From: a virus
Taxonomy: Duplodnaviria > Caudoviricetes
Strand: one strand, 5' to 3'
Length of the DNA: 32,628 nucleotides
Virus record (IMG/VR): IMGVR_UViG_3300048886_000288
Span: 1 to 32,628 of that record
Of the stretch, positions 1-9,349 are shown one piece after another. A program made the position numbers and the translations under genes. Under the pieces are notes generated by a model. It saw only the letters and a list, made by a program, of their open reading frames with translations, made no database searches and was not told the origin of the DNA. Each line of letters opens with the position of its first letter. The stretch's first letter is position 1.

Positions 1-33
1 GCGATAAAGTCGTTTTGGGTAAATCGGGAGGAT
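1..33. repeat. Terminal direct repeat, copy 1 (circular-permutation or assembly overlap)
   Basis: gcgataaagtcgttttgggtaaatCgggaggat matches 32596-32628 at 32/33 positions; the mismatch is synonymous (CGG/AGG, Arg) in the ORF crossing the junction. Confidence 0.95.
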
Positions 34-345
34 GCGGCTAGGGAAGATCGGGAGCGGCTGCCACTAGGTGAGTATTACCCAGCATTTGCGCCGGGGTGCT
101 GGAAAACAAAAATCGCGAGTGATTGGTATGACGATGATCGGTGGGAGAAAGTCGAAGAGAATTATTCTGCTGATCGCCGCTTACCCGGCCAATTTTTTTG
201 GAATCGAGGCTTAGTCAATGACGAGCATTATGGAGCTGGCCGATTTTCGTCTTTGATAAAAAGCCCGGAGGAGCAGGAATTGACTTTTGCGGAAGCAAAT
301 CGAGCAGAGAAAATTTATAAACGTAGGCGGCTCTGGAGGAATTAA
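1..345 (+). CDS. 3' part of a hypothetical protein of about 205 aa that starts at 32323 and crosses the junction
   Basis: Frame 1 is open from base 1 to TAA at 343-345 (AIKSFWVNREDAAREDRERLPLGEYY...RRRLWRN*) and is in frame with 32323-32628. Confidence 0.75.
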   Translation, partial: AIKSFWVNREDAAREDRERLPLGEYYPAFAPGCWKTKIASDWYDDDRWEKVEENYSADRRLPGQFFWNRGLVNDEHYGAGRFSSLIKSPEEQELTFAEANRAEKIYKRRRLWRN

Positions 346-495
346 ATGTACGAGCCTCACACTCCGATCATATTGACAGTCACCGAGGCGGCCTGGATTC
401 TTTTCGGGTTAGTCGTCGTCCTTGTCGTAGCTTACTACGTCGGGTGGTATTGTGGCGCACTCAATTACGCAGAAACTGTGATCCTTGGAGGTTAG
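346..495 (+). CDS. Small single-TM membrane protein (49 aa), not in the ORF track
   Basis: ATG directly follows the upstream TAA, with GGAGG upstream; MYEPHTPIILTVTEAAWILFGLVVVLVVAYYVGWYCGALNYAETVILGG. Confidence 0.6.
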   Translation: MYEPHTPIILTVTEAAWILFGLVVVLVVAYYVGWYCGALNYAETVILGG

Positions 496-497
496 CT

Positions 498-902
498 ATG
501 CTACCGATTGTAAGTACCTTGATGCCCATCGTTACTGATGTGATCGGGCGATTCCTTCCAGAAAATCCACAGAAACGTGCAGAGGCAGAGCGCGAAATTA
601 CAGCGGCGCTCACTGATCATCTGGCTAAGATCGACTTAGCTCAACTAGAAGTAAACAAAGTCGAAGCCGCATCGAGAAGCGTATTCGTCGCTGGCTGGCG
701 TCCATTCATCGGCTGGACATGCGGCGCAGCGCTGGCGTACACCTACGTCGTGCAGCCCCTGATGATATTTATCCTGGCGCAATCCGGCTATCTGGTTGAG
801 ATGCCTGCCCTAGATATAGCAGGGCTGATGCCGGTGCTGATGGGGATCTTGGGGCTTGGCGGAATGCGTAGCTATGAAAAAATAAAAGGCGTGGCGAGAT
901 AA
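498..902 (+). CDS. 3TM holin family protein (GTA_holin_3TM-like)
   Basis: GGAGG at 487-491 before ATG 498; motifs AQLEVNKVEA...FVAGWRPFIGW and LGLGGMRSYEK are typical of this family. Confidence 0.85.
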   Translation: MLPIVSTLMPIVTDVIGRFLPENPQKRAEAEREITAALTDHLAKIDLAQLEVNKVEAASRSVFVAGWRPFIGWTCGAALAYTYVVQPLMIFILAQSGYLVEMPALDIAGLMPVLMGILGLGGMRSYEKIKGVAR

Positions 903-1376
903 TTATACATTCGTCAGATTGTCGGCTATGCGCCGCGCCCATCCTCGCCCAAACTGATCCCAATGCTTCAAATCCGTCATATGCTTGAGCCGCTGGCCGA
1001 GGAACTTGCTCGCGATTTGATGTGGATTTGAATCTGCGATTGCAGCCAGGGTGATTGGCCCGATAACACCGTCTGCTTGCGCCCCTGCTGCTCGCTGAAG
1101 CCATTTAATCGATTGGGCGACACCAGCGTTAACTGCGCCGTCAAATAGCAGGAAACGCAATTCTGAGGGCAGCTCGTCAGCTTTTACGCGATCCCAGTAA
1201 TCTCTGCGATATATCGCTTTAGCGTCATCGAGCATCAGTCCTGCGATATTTACGTCTGGATATGATCTCTTGCTGATCCCGAATTTCGTTTCGCCGCCGG
1301 GATCGTCAGGATGATCAACATGGCCGCCTTCGTGGCCTATCAGGATCTCGAAAGCACCGTCAAATTCAGATCTCAT
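903..1376 (-). CDS. Endolysin, glycoside hydrolase family 108 with a peptidoglycan-binding C-terminal part
   Basis: HEGGHVDHPDDPGGETKFGIS catalytic signature; LQRAAG...DGVIGPITLAA; FGRGWARR. Confidence 0.93.
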   Translation of the reverse strand: MRSEFDGAFEILIGHEGGHVDHPDDPGGETKFGISKRSYPDVNIAGLMLDDAKAIYRRDYWDRVKADELPSELRFLLFDGAVNAGVAQSIKWLQRAAGAQADGVIGPITLAAIADSNPHQIASKFLGQRLKHMTDLKHWDQFGRGWARRIADNLTNV

Positions 1377-1567
1377 CCGATGGGTTTGCCGTTTAGGAAT
1401 ACAAGGCAGAAAACAAACACGACACCTACTATAAAGAATATCTTTTTAACTACTGAGCGGCCAACTTCAACCAGTACCAAATCAAGCGCTCGCCTCGCAG
1501 CTCGCTCGGCAATCATGTCGATATCGGCCGTCGTGAGGACTCGCCTTTCGCTGTCTGTCTCGGGCAT
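1373..1567 (-). CDS. Small membrane protein with a C-terminal TM helix (lysis-cassette candidate)
   Basis: IFFIVGVVFVFCLVFL hydrophobic stretch; 4-nt overlap with the endolysin start. Confidence 0.65.
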   Translation of the reverse strand: MPETDSERRVLTTADIDMIAERAARRALDLVLVEVGRSVVKKIFFIVGVVFVFCLVFLNGKPIG

Positions 1568-1570
1568 CGC

Positions 1571-1822
1571 TCAACCTGTGGATTCTTTTTTCTTTATGAA
1601 ATCTGCTAACAAGCGCAGTTCTGTTTTCATCTCGGCTATGTCAACTTGCAATTGGTCAATCGCCTCTGCATGGGCGATATGATAGCGACTAAATTCCTGC
1701 TTCACGTCGATTAAGCACCATGCCGTAAACCGCCAGAGGGCATAGATCGCACCCAACAGCAGCACCAACGGCAACCCATATTTTTCAACAGTGTCTAAAC
1801 TGAAAAGTCCAGCAGGCTCCAT
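1571..1822 (-). CDS. Small membrane protein, N-terminal TM plus coiled coil (holin-like candidate)
   Basis: YGLPLVLLLGAIYALWRF followed by a heptad-like IDQLQVDIAEMKTELRLL; lies in the lysis region. Confidence 0.65.
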   Translation of the reverse strand: MEPAGLFSLDTVEKYGLPLVLLLGAIYALWRFTAWCLIDVKQEFSRYHIAHAEAIDQLQVDIAEMKTELRLLADFIKKKESTG

Positions 1823-1831
1823 ATCACTAAT

Positions 1832-1993
1832 TTATATCACGCCTTTTTCTTTCAAAATAAACCCAGCAACACCGCCGACAATGCCCAGCATTATTAGCCA
1901 ATTCTGTCCCGTCAGCATACCGATGCCCATGACGACGGCTCCAGCAGCGGCGTAGCTCGAAGGTTCCTTAAATCTGTCAATGATCCATTTCAT
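1832..1993 (-). CDS. Small two-TM membrane protein (53 aa, holin-like candidate)
   Basis: ATG at 1993 just after the tail-fibre stop; MKWIIDRFKEPSSYAAAGAVVMGIGMLTGQNWLIMLGIVGGVAGFILKEK. Confidence 0.7.
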   Translation of the reverse strand: MKWIIDRFKEPSSYAAAGAVVMGIGMLTGQNWLIMLGIVGGVAGFILKEKGVI

Positions 1994-1995
1994 AA

Positions 1996-4197
1996 TTAAT
2001 CCTCTGGTGGCGGTGGTGGCGGCACGTCGCTTGGACACTCAACAATTAGATGACCATTGGAATCCGTTTTGCTCGTTGCTCTGATGTTGGGATCGTCGCG
2101 TTCGGCGATTACCATCCATGAAATCGTATCTGTGGATGAAGAATTTTGGCATTCGATTGTGATCGTATCTCCGCTGAAAGAACTGCGAACTGCATCCCAA
2201 CCGGTTTCATTAGATGTGAATGTCTGTGGATTTTTTGTAAGCCATTCAAAAGTTCCAGCGGTCATTCCAAATTTCGTGTCGATAGAAATAGAGGCTACTC
2301 CATCTACTAAGTCGACCTTTCCTCTATATATGAGGTCTATTAACGGCCCTTCGATACTTGAGTGTACTAAATCGTACCCTTCTCGAAGTCCGTGCGGAAT
2401 TTGAAAACTCTTGATGGCCCCTGATGTCAGACTTGTCGTCCAAACACCATAAGTATCTTGGTATCCCAAAATCGCGTACTCGGACGAGTCTGCGCTAAAC
2501 CCGATAAGCCCACCGTATGTCGCAGATCCTGTCGTGAAATAGCCGCCGTACCCACTAACAGAATGACCGCGTGTTCCGATTCCAATGGAAGTGCTGGAGT
2601 TGTGGTATCCGTAAACGGCTGAACCCGTACCCAAGTTGACCTGTCCATAAATTCCGTTTCCCGTCCCCTCATGCGTAAGGTAAATTCCAGCTTGGCCGTT
2701 TCCGGCATTGGCTTGATACAGGCTCAGGAGTTGATCGGTGGTCGTATTGTCATAGACATACACTTGCTTTGTGTCTGAAGCCGCCGCACCGATACCGATA
2801 TTCCCGTCAGACCGTATGGCAATCGCATCGGTGTCTGAAGCGCTACCGATTGTGCCGTCGTCTGGAACTTGAATGCCGGTGTCCGAAATCGTTAACGCCG
2901 CAGTAGCCGTGCCAGCTTTCATCGTGTTAAAAATTAACTTACCGTCTTCACTTCCATCAGTAACGTCGGTTGCTACTGAATAGATTTGAGCAGCAGTCCA
3001 CAGTTGATCGTTGTCGTTTTCCATATTGAATTGGATAATTCCGCCGCCGTCGCTATCAGCGGGGCTTGCAGAATATCTCGTTAAATTTAGATACGGGCCA
3101 ACGTTTGCGTCGTCCTTATCTTCACTCACTGTCAACTGAGCAACGTTGTTTCCTGTGACGCTCATAGTCAGACCAGAGTCCGCCACATGAGTGAGCAGGA
3201 CGTCGCTGTTAACTCCGGCGGCAATGACAACCCCATCCGTGGGTAGTGTTAAGTTTCCTCCAGAAGACAGCGACATCTTTTCCGTAGCTGCCTCGGATGC
3301 GCCTGTTTTAAATGCTAACTTCGTCGCGTTATTGCTGGCGCTGAAATCACCCTCGGACACGGCGGCTATTTCTGCCGCAACTAAAATAGCGTCTGTTCCC
3401 GCAGCTTCATCCGGTGCTTGGAATTGTATTTTCCCCAGCGCGTCATTGAGTGCTATGTCGGTTTCGCCGGTTTGCACAAGTAAAACGAAAGGCGTGTCAT
3501 CCGCAGTTGACGTGTTTTTAAACGTCAGCCCCGAATCATGCACATGCGTAATCGTGACGTCCTGATTGTCACCTAGCTTAATGACCGCAGCATCCGAATC
3601 TAGCAATAAGTCATCGCCGATGGTTGCGTCGCCGGTCACAGTCAAGCTCGAAATAATGAGTGGATCTGTACCGCTCACCTGGACTTGCATGATTTGGACA
3701 GTGCTGGTGGTATTCAAAATACCCATGAACATCTTGCCAGCCGCGTGCTGGCCCGCCGTCAGCGCCGCCCCATTGTCTTGCAGCGCAATCGCACCCAGGC
3801 CCGATATGGCTACCGTTGTCGCACCCGTATTGGTGCTACCGCTCGCCATCCACACAAAGCGCTGTCCTGCCGCGTAAGCCGTGATCGCAGGCGAGGGCGA
3901 TAAGGTTATAGCATCGGCGCTTCCGCCCGCTGTACCGCACCACACGAAGGCCTCAGCCTGCGCCTGACCCAGTGATAGGCTGTCTGTGGCAGCGGTGCCG
4001 ACTTTCATGGCCGTAAATTTGTGCGTAGCAAGCGGAATATCGCCCGTGACGACGGATTGCCCATCAACCGCAATGGATTGCGTTAGCGCCGTGGCGATGT
4101 CGGAATTGTTAGCATCTACTTCGCTGGACGATATAACCGTCCCGCTCACAAAATCAGGATACGGGTTTGAATAAGTGCCTGATCCATTTCTAGCCAT
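1996..4197 (-). CDS. Tail fibre / receptor-binding protein
   Basis: N-terminal MARNGSGTY...SDIATALTQSIAVDGQ resembles podophage fibre anchor domains; G/S/T/D-rich beta repeats; last structural gene before lysis genes. Confidence 0.85.
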   Translation of the reverse strand: MARNGSGTYSNPYPDFVSGTVISSSEVDANNSDIATALTQSIAVDGQSVVTGDIPLATHKFTAMKVGTAATDSLSLGQAQAEAFVWCGTAGGSADAITLSPSPAITAYAAGQRFVWMASGSTNTGATTVAISGLGAIALQDNGAALTAGQHAAGKMFMGILNTTSTVQIMQVQVSGTDPLIISSLTVTGDATIGDDLLLDSDAAVIKLGDNQDVTITHVHDSGLTFKNTSTADDTPFVLLVQTGETDIALNDALGKIQFQAPDEAAGTDAILVAAEIAAVSEGDFSASNNATKLAFKTGASEAATEKMSLSSGGNLTLPTDGVVIAAGVNSDVLLTHVADSGLTMSVTGNNVAQLTVSEDKDDANVGPYLNLTRYSASPADSDGGGIIQFNMENDNDQLWTAAQIYSVATDVTDGSEDGKLIFNTMKAGTATAALTISDTGIQVPDDGTIGSASDTDAIAIRSDGNIGIGAAASDTKQVYVYDNTTTDQLLSLYQANAGNGQAGIYLTHEGTGNGIYGQVNLGTGSAVYGYHNSSTSIGIGTRGHSVSGYGGYFTTGSATYGGLIGFSADSSEYAILGYQDTYGVWTTSLTSGAIKSFQIPHGLREGYDLVHSSIEGPLIDLIYRGKVDLVDGVASISIDTKFGMTAGTFEWLTKNPQTFTSNETGWDAVRSSFSGDTITIECQNSSSTDTISWMVIAERDDPNIRATSKTDSNGHLIVECPSDVPPPPPPED

Positions 4198-4220
4198 TGT
4201 TTAATTTCCTAGTGTTTCGC

Positions 4221-6401
4221 TCAAAAGTTAACCATCTCGTTGGGGATGCGCTCTCTGAGATCTTGCGTTTCGTAGGGCGTTTGTTCTGCCGTTATGCTAC
4301 CCATCAGCGCCTTAACCATATCAAGATTGTGCGCCTTCGTTGTTGACGCCCCTTGCAGCGCGTCGAGCATCGTTTTTTGTTTCGCGGGGTCTAGTTCAAA
4401 TAAATACCTTGCCAACCCTTCCGCCGTTTTTGAGCTTGGTCTTTTTACCCAATCGATAGCCGGTCTTGCAAAAGCGGCTGCTGCCCGAAGAGGATGACCT
4501 GTGAGTAACTGCGTCCCCACTTCAAGTCCTAACGCTGTGTTTGCTGGCATTCTTGAAAGTTCAGCAATATCTTCTTTAAGACCAGTCGTTTGTGACCCTG
4601 CTTTTGGCCCCGCAAAATACTCGACCTGCCCCTTCGTTAATTCTTTTTCGACATCAGCGGCGAAAATATTAAATGATTCATCGTCGGGGAACACCGTTCT
4701 TAATTTATTCCAAAATGTAACCTTTTTGGGTGCGAATTTTGTTAATGCTGTTTGCGTGTCATCATTAATAATCTGAGAGATTTGACGCCTAGCGCCAACC
4801 CTAAAGGCTGCTCTCTCACCTTCCGACATGGCGGCAACAGCTTTCGCCGATACTTCCTCATCACCCTGAATAAACTTTCTACCCATGCGGGCCGCATCAT
4901 CTAGTGATGCTGGCCCTGCGTATGCTGCTCTCGCCTCCTTATAGGCAGACCGCCCTGATTGGTCTGTTGTGATGTCGTCTAATTTTGCTACGAGAGCCTT
5001 ACGCAGTTCCTCGATGGCTTTTAATTTTGGCGTCCATTTGATGTTTCCAAAGTCATCCTTGGCCTCGTTGATTTTCTGGTCAAGCCCTCGTTTTGCCGCA
5101 TCCATCGCACGCAAGTTGGGCGTCCCTTCAATTATCAAATTGCCATTTTCGTCGAACCCTTTAACCGCAAATTCCTTGAAATTAAAAGGTTGATTCCTAG
5201 CGACCGCTTCCATTCGCTGTATTTTTATTCCAGCCGCCATTCCTCGTTGTATCTCAGGCTCATCGAGAAACCGTTGCAGCCTATCATCCCACTGAGCAAA
5301 TACTTTTCCTTCGAGGTCTGATATTGGCGCGAACGCTTCGTCATATAGAGGCTTAGCGTCTTTCGACATTTTTGCGCCTAATGCTTCAAGAAGCTCATAG
5401 TATTGGTTAGGCGCGAGCGTATCGGCTGCTTTCTGTAGTCGCCCCCCACGTTCTCCTGCTCTGGTTTGAACGAACTCGTCAGCTATAACTGGGCCTTGGC
5501 CTTCCGGCACATTAGCGGCCGCTCTCCCCATTTTTGCGCCTCGAATGTCGAGCGTATCAACCAGCGCAGTATCGTCGCCACCGGCTGCGAGCCGTCTTTG
5601 AACTTCAGCAAATCCAGCAGCTTCATCGCCGTCGCCGAGTTCCCTGATCAACTGCATTATTTTCTTTTCTGCCGCCGTCGTGGCCCCATGCTGTGCAAGT
5701 TTATTTGCCATCATAGACAACCCAACGCCTGAGCCTAATGCCGCGACAAGGCCAGCCCACGGGCTACCAGTGACCTCTTCCGCCACACCACCGGCAGCAC
5801 CGGCAGCGAGTTGTATGTTTGGTTGGGCGGCCATAGACCTAGCGACGTTTTGAGGAATTGACCCAGCCCGAGCAAGATTAGCAACGCCGGTTGCCGCGCC
5901 AACAAATGGCATCGCCATTCCTATACCCCTCCCCGTGCCAGATAAAGCACGCTCCATCGGTGTCCGAGCAGATGGCCCATACGTTCCTGTCGGCTGTCCT
6001 TCTGGGTCGGCGTACCCTAAAGCACGATTAAAAGGGGCGGACAGAACTTCTCCAGTCCCTCTTACCGCTTCTTTTATTTTTCTCGGATAGTATCCCGGCC
6101 CCGGCATGTAATCTCGAACGACAGGTATTTGTCGCCCCACCCAAGAAGTAACTTCTGGCAATGCTCCAGCAGCGCCCGCCAAAGAATCTATTACGCCCTC
6201 GGCAAGCGCTTCACCGCCTCGAAGGACTTGTGTGCCAAAGCCAGGAGATTGCGGTGCGGTTGTAACGGTTTGTTGCGGTGCTGCGGCAATGGGCGGCGCT
6301 AATGCAATCGCTTGTCGTGACGCCTCCTCTGGCGTCACATTATCATCCACGTCAATACGGATAGTGCGCCCGTCGTCCAGCGTTACATCGTATTTAGCCA
6401 T
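4221..6401 (-). CDS. Large internal virion / DNA ejection protein (putative)
   Basis: 726 aa, helical, Ala/Gly-rich hydrophobic segments; located between the GNAT-like tail assembly gene and the tail fibre. Confidence 0.65.
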   Translation of the reverse strand: MAKYDVTLDDGRTIRIDVDDNVTPEEASRQAIALAPPIAAAPQQTVTTAPQSPGFGTQVLRGGEALAEGVIDSLAGAAGALPEVTSWVGRQIPVVRDYMPGPGYYPRKIKEAVRGTGEVLSAPFNRALGYADPEGQPTGTYGPSARTPMERALSGTGRGIGMAMPFVGAATGVANLARAGSIPQNVARSMAAQPNIQLAAGAAGGVAEEVTGSPWAGLVAALGSGVGLSMMANKLAQHGATTAAEKKIMQLIRELGDGDEAAGFAEVQRRLAAGGDDTALVDTLDIRGAKMGRAAANVPEGQGPVIADEFVQTRAGERGGRLQKAADTLAPNQYYELLEALGAKMSKDAKPLYDEAFAPISDLEGKVFAQWDDRLQRFLDEPEIQRGMAAGIKIQRMEAVARNQPFNFKEFAVKGFDENGNLIIEGTPNLRAMDAAKRGLDQKINEAKDDFGNIKWTPKLKAIEELRKALVAKLDDITTDQSGRSAYKEARAAYAGPASLDDAARMGRKFIQGDEEVSAKAVAAMSEGERAAFRVGARRQISQIINDDTQTALTKFAPKKVTFWNKLRTVFPDDESFNIFAADVEKELTKGQVEYFAGPKAGSQTTGLKEDIAELSRMPANTALGLEVGTQLLTGHPLRAAAAFARPAIDWVKRPSSKTAEGLARYLFELDPAKQKTMLDALQGASTTKAHNLDMVKALMGSITAEQTPYETQDLRERIPNEMVNF

Positions 6402-8012
6402 CTAATCCGCCACCGCTTGCACGGATCTCACGCCAGCGGGCAAATTAGCTTGTGGGGGGGAGTCGAAATCAAGCCCAGTAAAGTCCGATTTTTTTGGCAA
6501 AACTCCCTTCCATCCGCGCAGCGTCCCATTATCTTCGTAATATTGAGCAGCCGACATTTTAGCCGCCAATGCTTTTCTCATCGCGCCGACGAGTCTATTC
6601 AGCCGCGCCACGTTCACGTCTTCCTGCAACCGGTCGTTGTACGCTCGACTGATCAGCCTTTCGCCTTCTCTTTCGGTGAACTGAGCGCCCAAAATGAGCC
6701 GCAGGTTACGCTGTACCACTTCTTCGATGCGCTCCTTAATGTCTACTGCCTGCGGGTTGGTAAACGCCCTAATAGAATCCGGCATCGCGCCTCTCGCCGG
6801 TCCGGTAAGGTCGTCGCTCGTCCCTAACTCTGCAATAGCACTTTCTAATTGGTCTATCTGCTTCGATGCGTCTGCATATCCGCCACCGGCTACGCCTATC
6901 GCGTACTCCTGTGCAAACTCCTCGTCTATCTTTTGTTGTGCGATAGTGCCTTTTACTTCTTCCTCGCCTTCAGCCGTCGCCGTCGCCTGTTCTTTTCGCG
7001 TTGTTGGCTGGTCTTTGATATTTAACCCAATCGGTATTCGTTCGCGTTCTCCCCCAGGCACAGGCGAAGGCACTAACATATAATCACCAACAGAAAACGG
7101 ACTCGGTGGGCCACGGCGCGTAGCCAAGTAGTTCTCTTGCAACTGCTTGCCGCCTGGTTGTTTGCCAAGCCACTCGTAATATTGATGCTCTTGCACTGCT
7201 GACGGGGGGCCGTCGCCTGTTGTTGGCCCTGTTCTTTTCAATTCTAAATCAAGTTCATGTTTACGTTGTTCATCTACTAATGCTTGATCTCTTTCGATTT
7301 GGCTTAATTCATACGCATATTGGGCATCTCTACCCGCCTTCGTTTGCGGAGTAAGATCTCGAACCGCTTGTCTCGGCGTTATTCGATTACGGTATTGCTC
7401 TGCCATATAAGCCGCTTCATCTTCAGCCCTTGTTCCTACATCGCCGTCTACGGCTCCTAAGAGCGCCGCTTGCATGGCTCGGTTACTGGCTGGGTCTGAC
7501 CCAAACAACGCCCTTTGTCCTGCGTCTACTGCTGCGCCATCCTCTCCTTCAGATGGGTCTATAAACCTAAATGGCTCCACGCCGGTCGCCGGTAGCAATA
7601 CGTCGTCCGCGCTAACGCCCAGCGAAGACGGCTGCATCCCATCGACCGGCATTGCCTGCGGTTCAAATACGTCGTCCGCGCTAACGCCTAGCGGCGATTG
7701 TGGCGTTCCGGCCAAAGCCTGCGCCATGTCTTCGCGCTGAACGGATAAATAAGGAGAATCTTCTGCAAGCGGAGTAATAGCTGACGGGTCAAATCGTTTA
7801 GAGAGCGCAGCCATGTGTGCGGCCATGTCTTCCTTTTCTCTATTTTCTTGTGCTTTAGCAGTCAGCGCCCTAACCATATCTGCGGCGAAGGTGTATCGCG
7901 CAGAGGCGGGCGTAATTATGTCGTAAGGCTTTGCGGTGTAAGACGGAATGCGAGCAACCTGCCCGCCTAACAAGCCACGACCTCCGCTACGATATAAATC
8001 AATTTTTCGCAT
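6402..8012 (-). CDS. Internal virion / ejection protein (putative)
   Basis: 536 aa helical protein in the ejection-protein cluster; abuts the downstream gene. Confidence 0.6.
   Translation of the reverse strand: MRKIDLYRSGGRGLLGGQVARIPSYTAKPYDIITPASARYTFAADMVRALTAKAQENREKEDMAAHMAALSKRFDPSAITPLAEDSPYLSVQREDMAQALAGTPQSPLGVSADDVFEPQAMPVDGMQPSSLGVSADDVLLPATGVEPFRFIDPSEGEDGAAVDAGQRALFGSDPASNRAMQAALLGAVDGDVGTRAEDEAAYMAEQYRNRITPRQAVRDLTPQTKAGRDAQYAYELSQIERDQALVDEQRKHELDLELKRTGPTTGDGPPSAVQEHQYYEWLGKQPGGKQLQENYLATRRGPPSPFSVGDYMLVPSPVPGGERERIPIGLNIKDQPTTRKEQATATAEGEEEVKGTIAQQKIDEEFAQEYAIGVAGGGYADASKQIDQLESAIAELGTSDDLTGPARGAMPDSIRAFTNPQAVDIKERIEEVVQRNLRLILGAQFTEREGERLISRAYNDRLQEDVNVARLNRLVGAMRKALAAKMSAAQYYEDNGTLRGWKGVLPKKSDFTGLDFDSPPQANLPAGVRSVQAVAD
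7597..7688. repeat. 23-nt intragenic direct repeat, two copies 69 nt apart
   Basis: aatacgtcgtccgcgctaacgcc at 7597-7619 and 7666-7688; encodes the GVSADDV core of a peptide that occurs twice. Confidence 0.9.
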
Positions 8013-8029
8013 TATTTGATCACCAAGCC

Positions 8030-9349
8030 TTAACTTTTAGCTATTGCATAGCCGCCGAGAGCGGCAGCTAAATCGCCCTGTGCGCCATATTTTGCGCCCT
8101 TCAGACCTAACTGCGTGTTGTACGCATTGACTTGATTCGCATACTTGCTCGCAGTCAATCCAGAATAATCCGGCGCTGCTATGGCTGATTGATAAGCCGC
8201 ACCGAACTGGGGCGTTTGAATTTGAGTGCCGGACATCAGTGCGGCGGTTTCATTCAGCGGCAGATTACGCAAGTAAGCCTGTTCCTGAATAACCCGCTGG
8301 CGCTGTTGATCACTCAATCCAAACAGTCCGGTTTGCGCTTGTGCTAAGTTCTGCATTTCCTGCATCGGAATTTGACGCTGGCGTAACTGCTCATCAATTT
8401 CTCGATCACGCACCGCGCCCATCGCATCGAATTGCCCCTGGCGCAAAGCCTGCTCTTGGCCGTACATGCCCATGAGTTGCTGCTGCTCCGCTGCTGGTAA
8501 CGCACGCAAGTAATTCTGCTCAGCGATGGCATTTTGCCGTGCTTGAGTGCCGAGGCCGAATAACCGTGATTGCTCTGCGCCGCCCGCTTGAATTGCAGCG
8601 TTTAGGGCAGTTTGATACGCATCAGTTTTGCCAAGGTTAAAGTCTCGCATCGCGCTCGAAAATGCCTCGCTGCCTCTCGGAATACCGGAATTAGCAAGCT
8701 GGTTTTCCATCGCTCTCTGCTCGCTTTCGAAGCGTGGATCTAAGCGAGACTGAGATTGTCCGTAAAGTGAATCGATCACCTGCTGCCTAGCCGCCGCATC
8801 GGCTTCGGGCGCTGCGGGGGCAGAAGAGTAATCGAAAGGCGTACTATAAGATTCTGCGGCGGTGATCGCGGCCTGTGTGCCAGCGTCCGCCGCTGCGCCT
8901 ATGCCTTGCGCTGTCGGCGCGAAGGATTTACCAGCCTGCAAATCATACGGATTTTGTGTCATTGCAGCTAAGTTTGAAACCGTTTGTCCGAGATTCGCTG
9001 CGCTACCGCCAGCGGGCATTCCCTCGTAATTAAACGGCGTTGCCAGCGTTTCGCCGACTCGGCTAACTTGATCTCCGGCAACCGTACTCAGTTCGCGACT
9101 TACTCGATTTTGTTGATCTAGAATCGCTTGCTGATCTGGATCTAACTCGAAGGTTCTCTTGTATCTCTGGATGCCCTGCGGCGTCGGATCGCCAGTTGTC
9201 TCGTAAACAGATGAGCCGTATGGCGTAAATTCATCGAGCTGATTGAGCTGCGTTTGAGCAATAGCCGTTTCTTTGTTTATTGCGCCCTGCGAAGCTGCAA
9301 CTTGTGATGGATTAAATCCAGGGGGTGCGTCAGGTGTCTTTTTACCCAT
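8030..9349 (-). CDS. Internal virion / DNA pilot-like protein (putative)
   Basis: MGKKTPDAPP start, Q/A-rich helices, C-terminal hydrophobic Gly/Ala tail; follows the GNAT-like gene as in many podophages. Confidence 0.65.
   Translation of the reverse strand: MGKKTPDAPPGFNPSQVAASQGAINKETAIAQTQLNQLDEFTPYGSSVYETTGDPTPQGIQRYKRTFELDPDQQAILDQQNRVSRELSTVAGDQVSRVGETLATPFNYEGMPAGGSAANLGQTVSNLAAMTQNPYDLQAGKSFAPTAQGIGAAADAGTQAAITAAESYSTPFDYSSAPAAPEADAAARQQVIDSLYGQSQSRLDPRFESEQRAMENQLANSGIPRGSEAFSSAMRDFNLGKTDAYQTALNAAIQAGGAEQSRLFGLGTQARQNAIAEQNYLRALPAAEQQQLMGMYGQEQALRQGQFDAMGAVRDREIDEQLRQRQIPMQEMQNLAQAQTGLFGLSDQQRQRVIQEQAYLRNLPLNETAALMSGTQIQTPQFGAAYQSAIAAPDYSGLTASKYANQVNAYNTQLGLKGAKYGAQGDLAAALGGYAIAKS

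Noticed and set aside
1-33. Physical direct terminal repeat of the T7 type
   Set aside because: It is only 33 nt and lies in the middle of an ORF far from terS; an assembly overlap of a circular contig is more likely.
444-497. Longer 152-aa version of the holin
   Set aside because: ATG 498 has a GGAGG RBS and matches the family's usual start; 444-497 belongs to the 346-495 ORF in another frame.
1996-4197. Diversity-generating retroelement targeting the tail fibre
   Set aside because: No reverse transcriptase and no adenine-variant template/variable repeat pair was seen.
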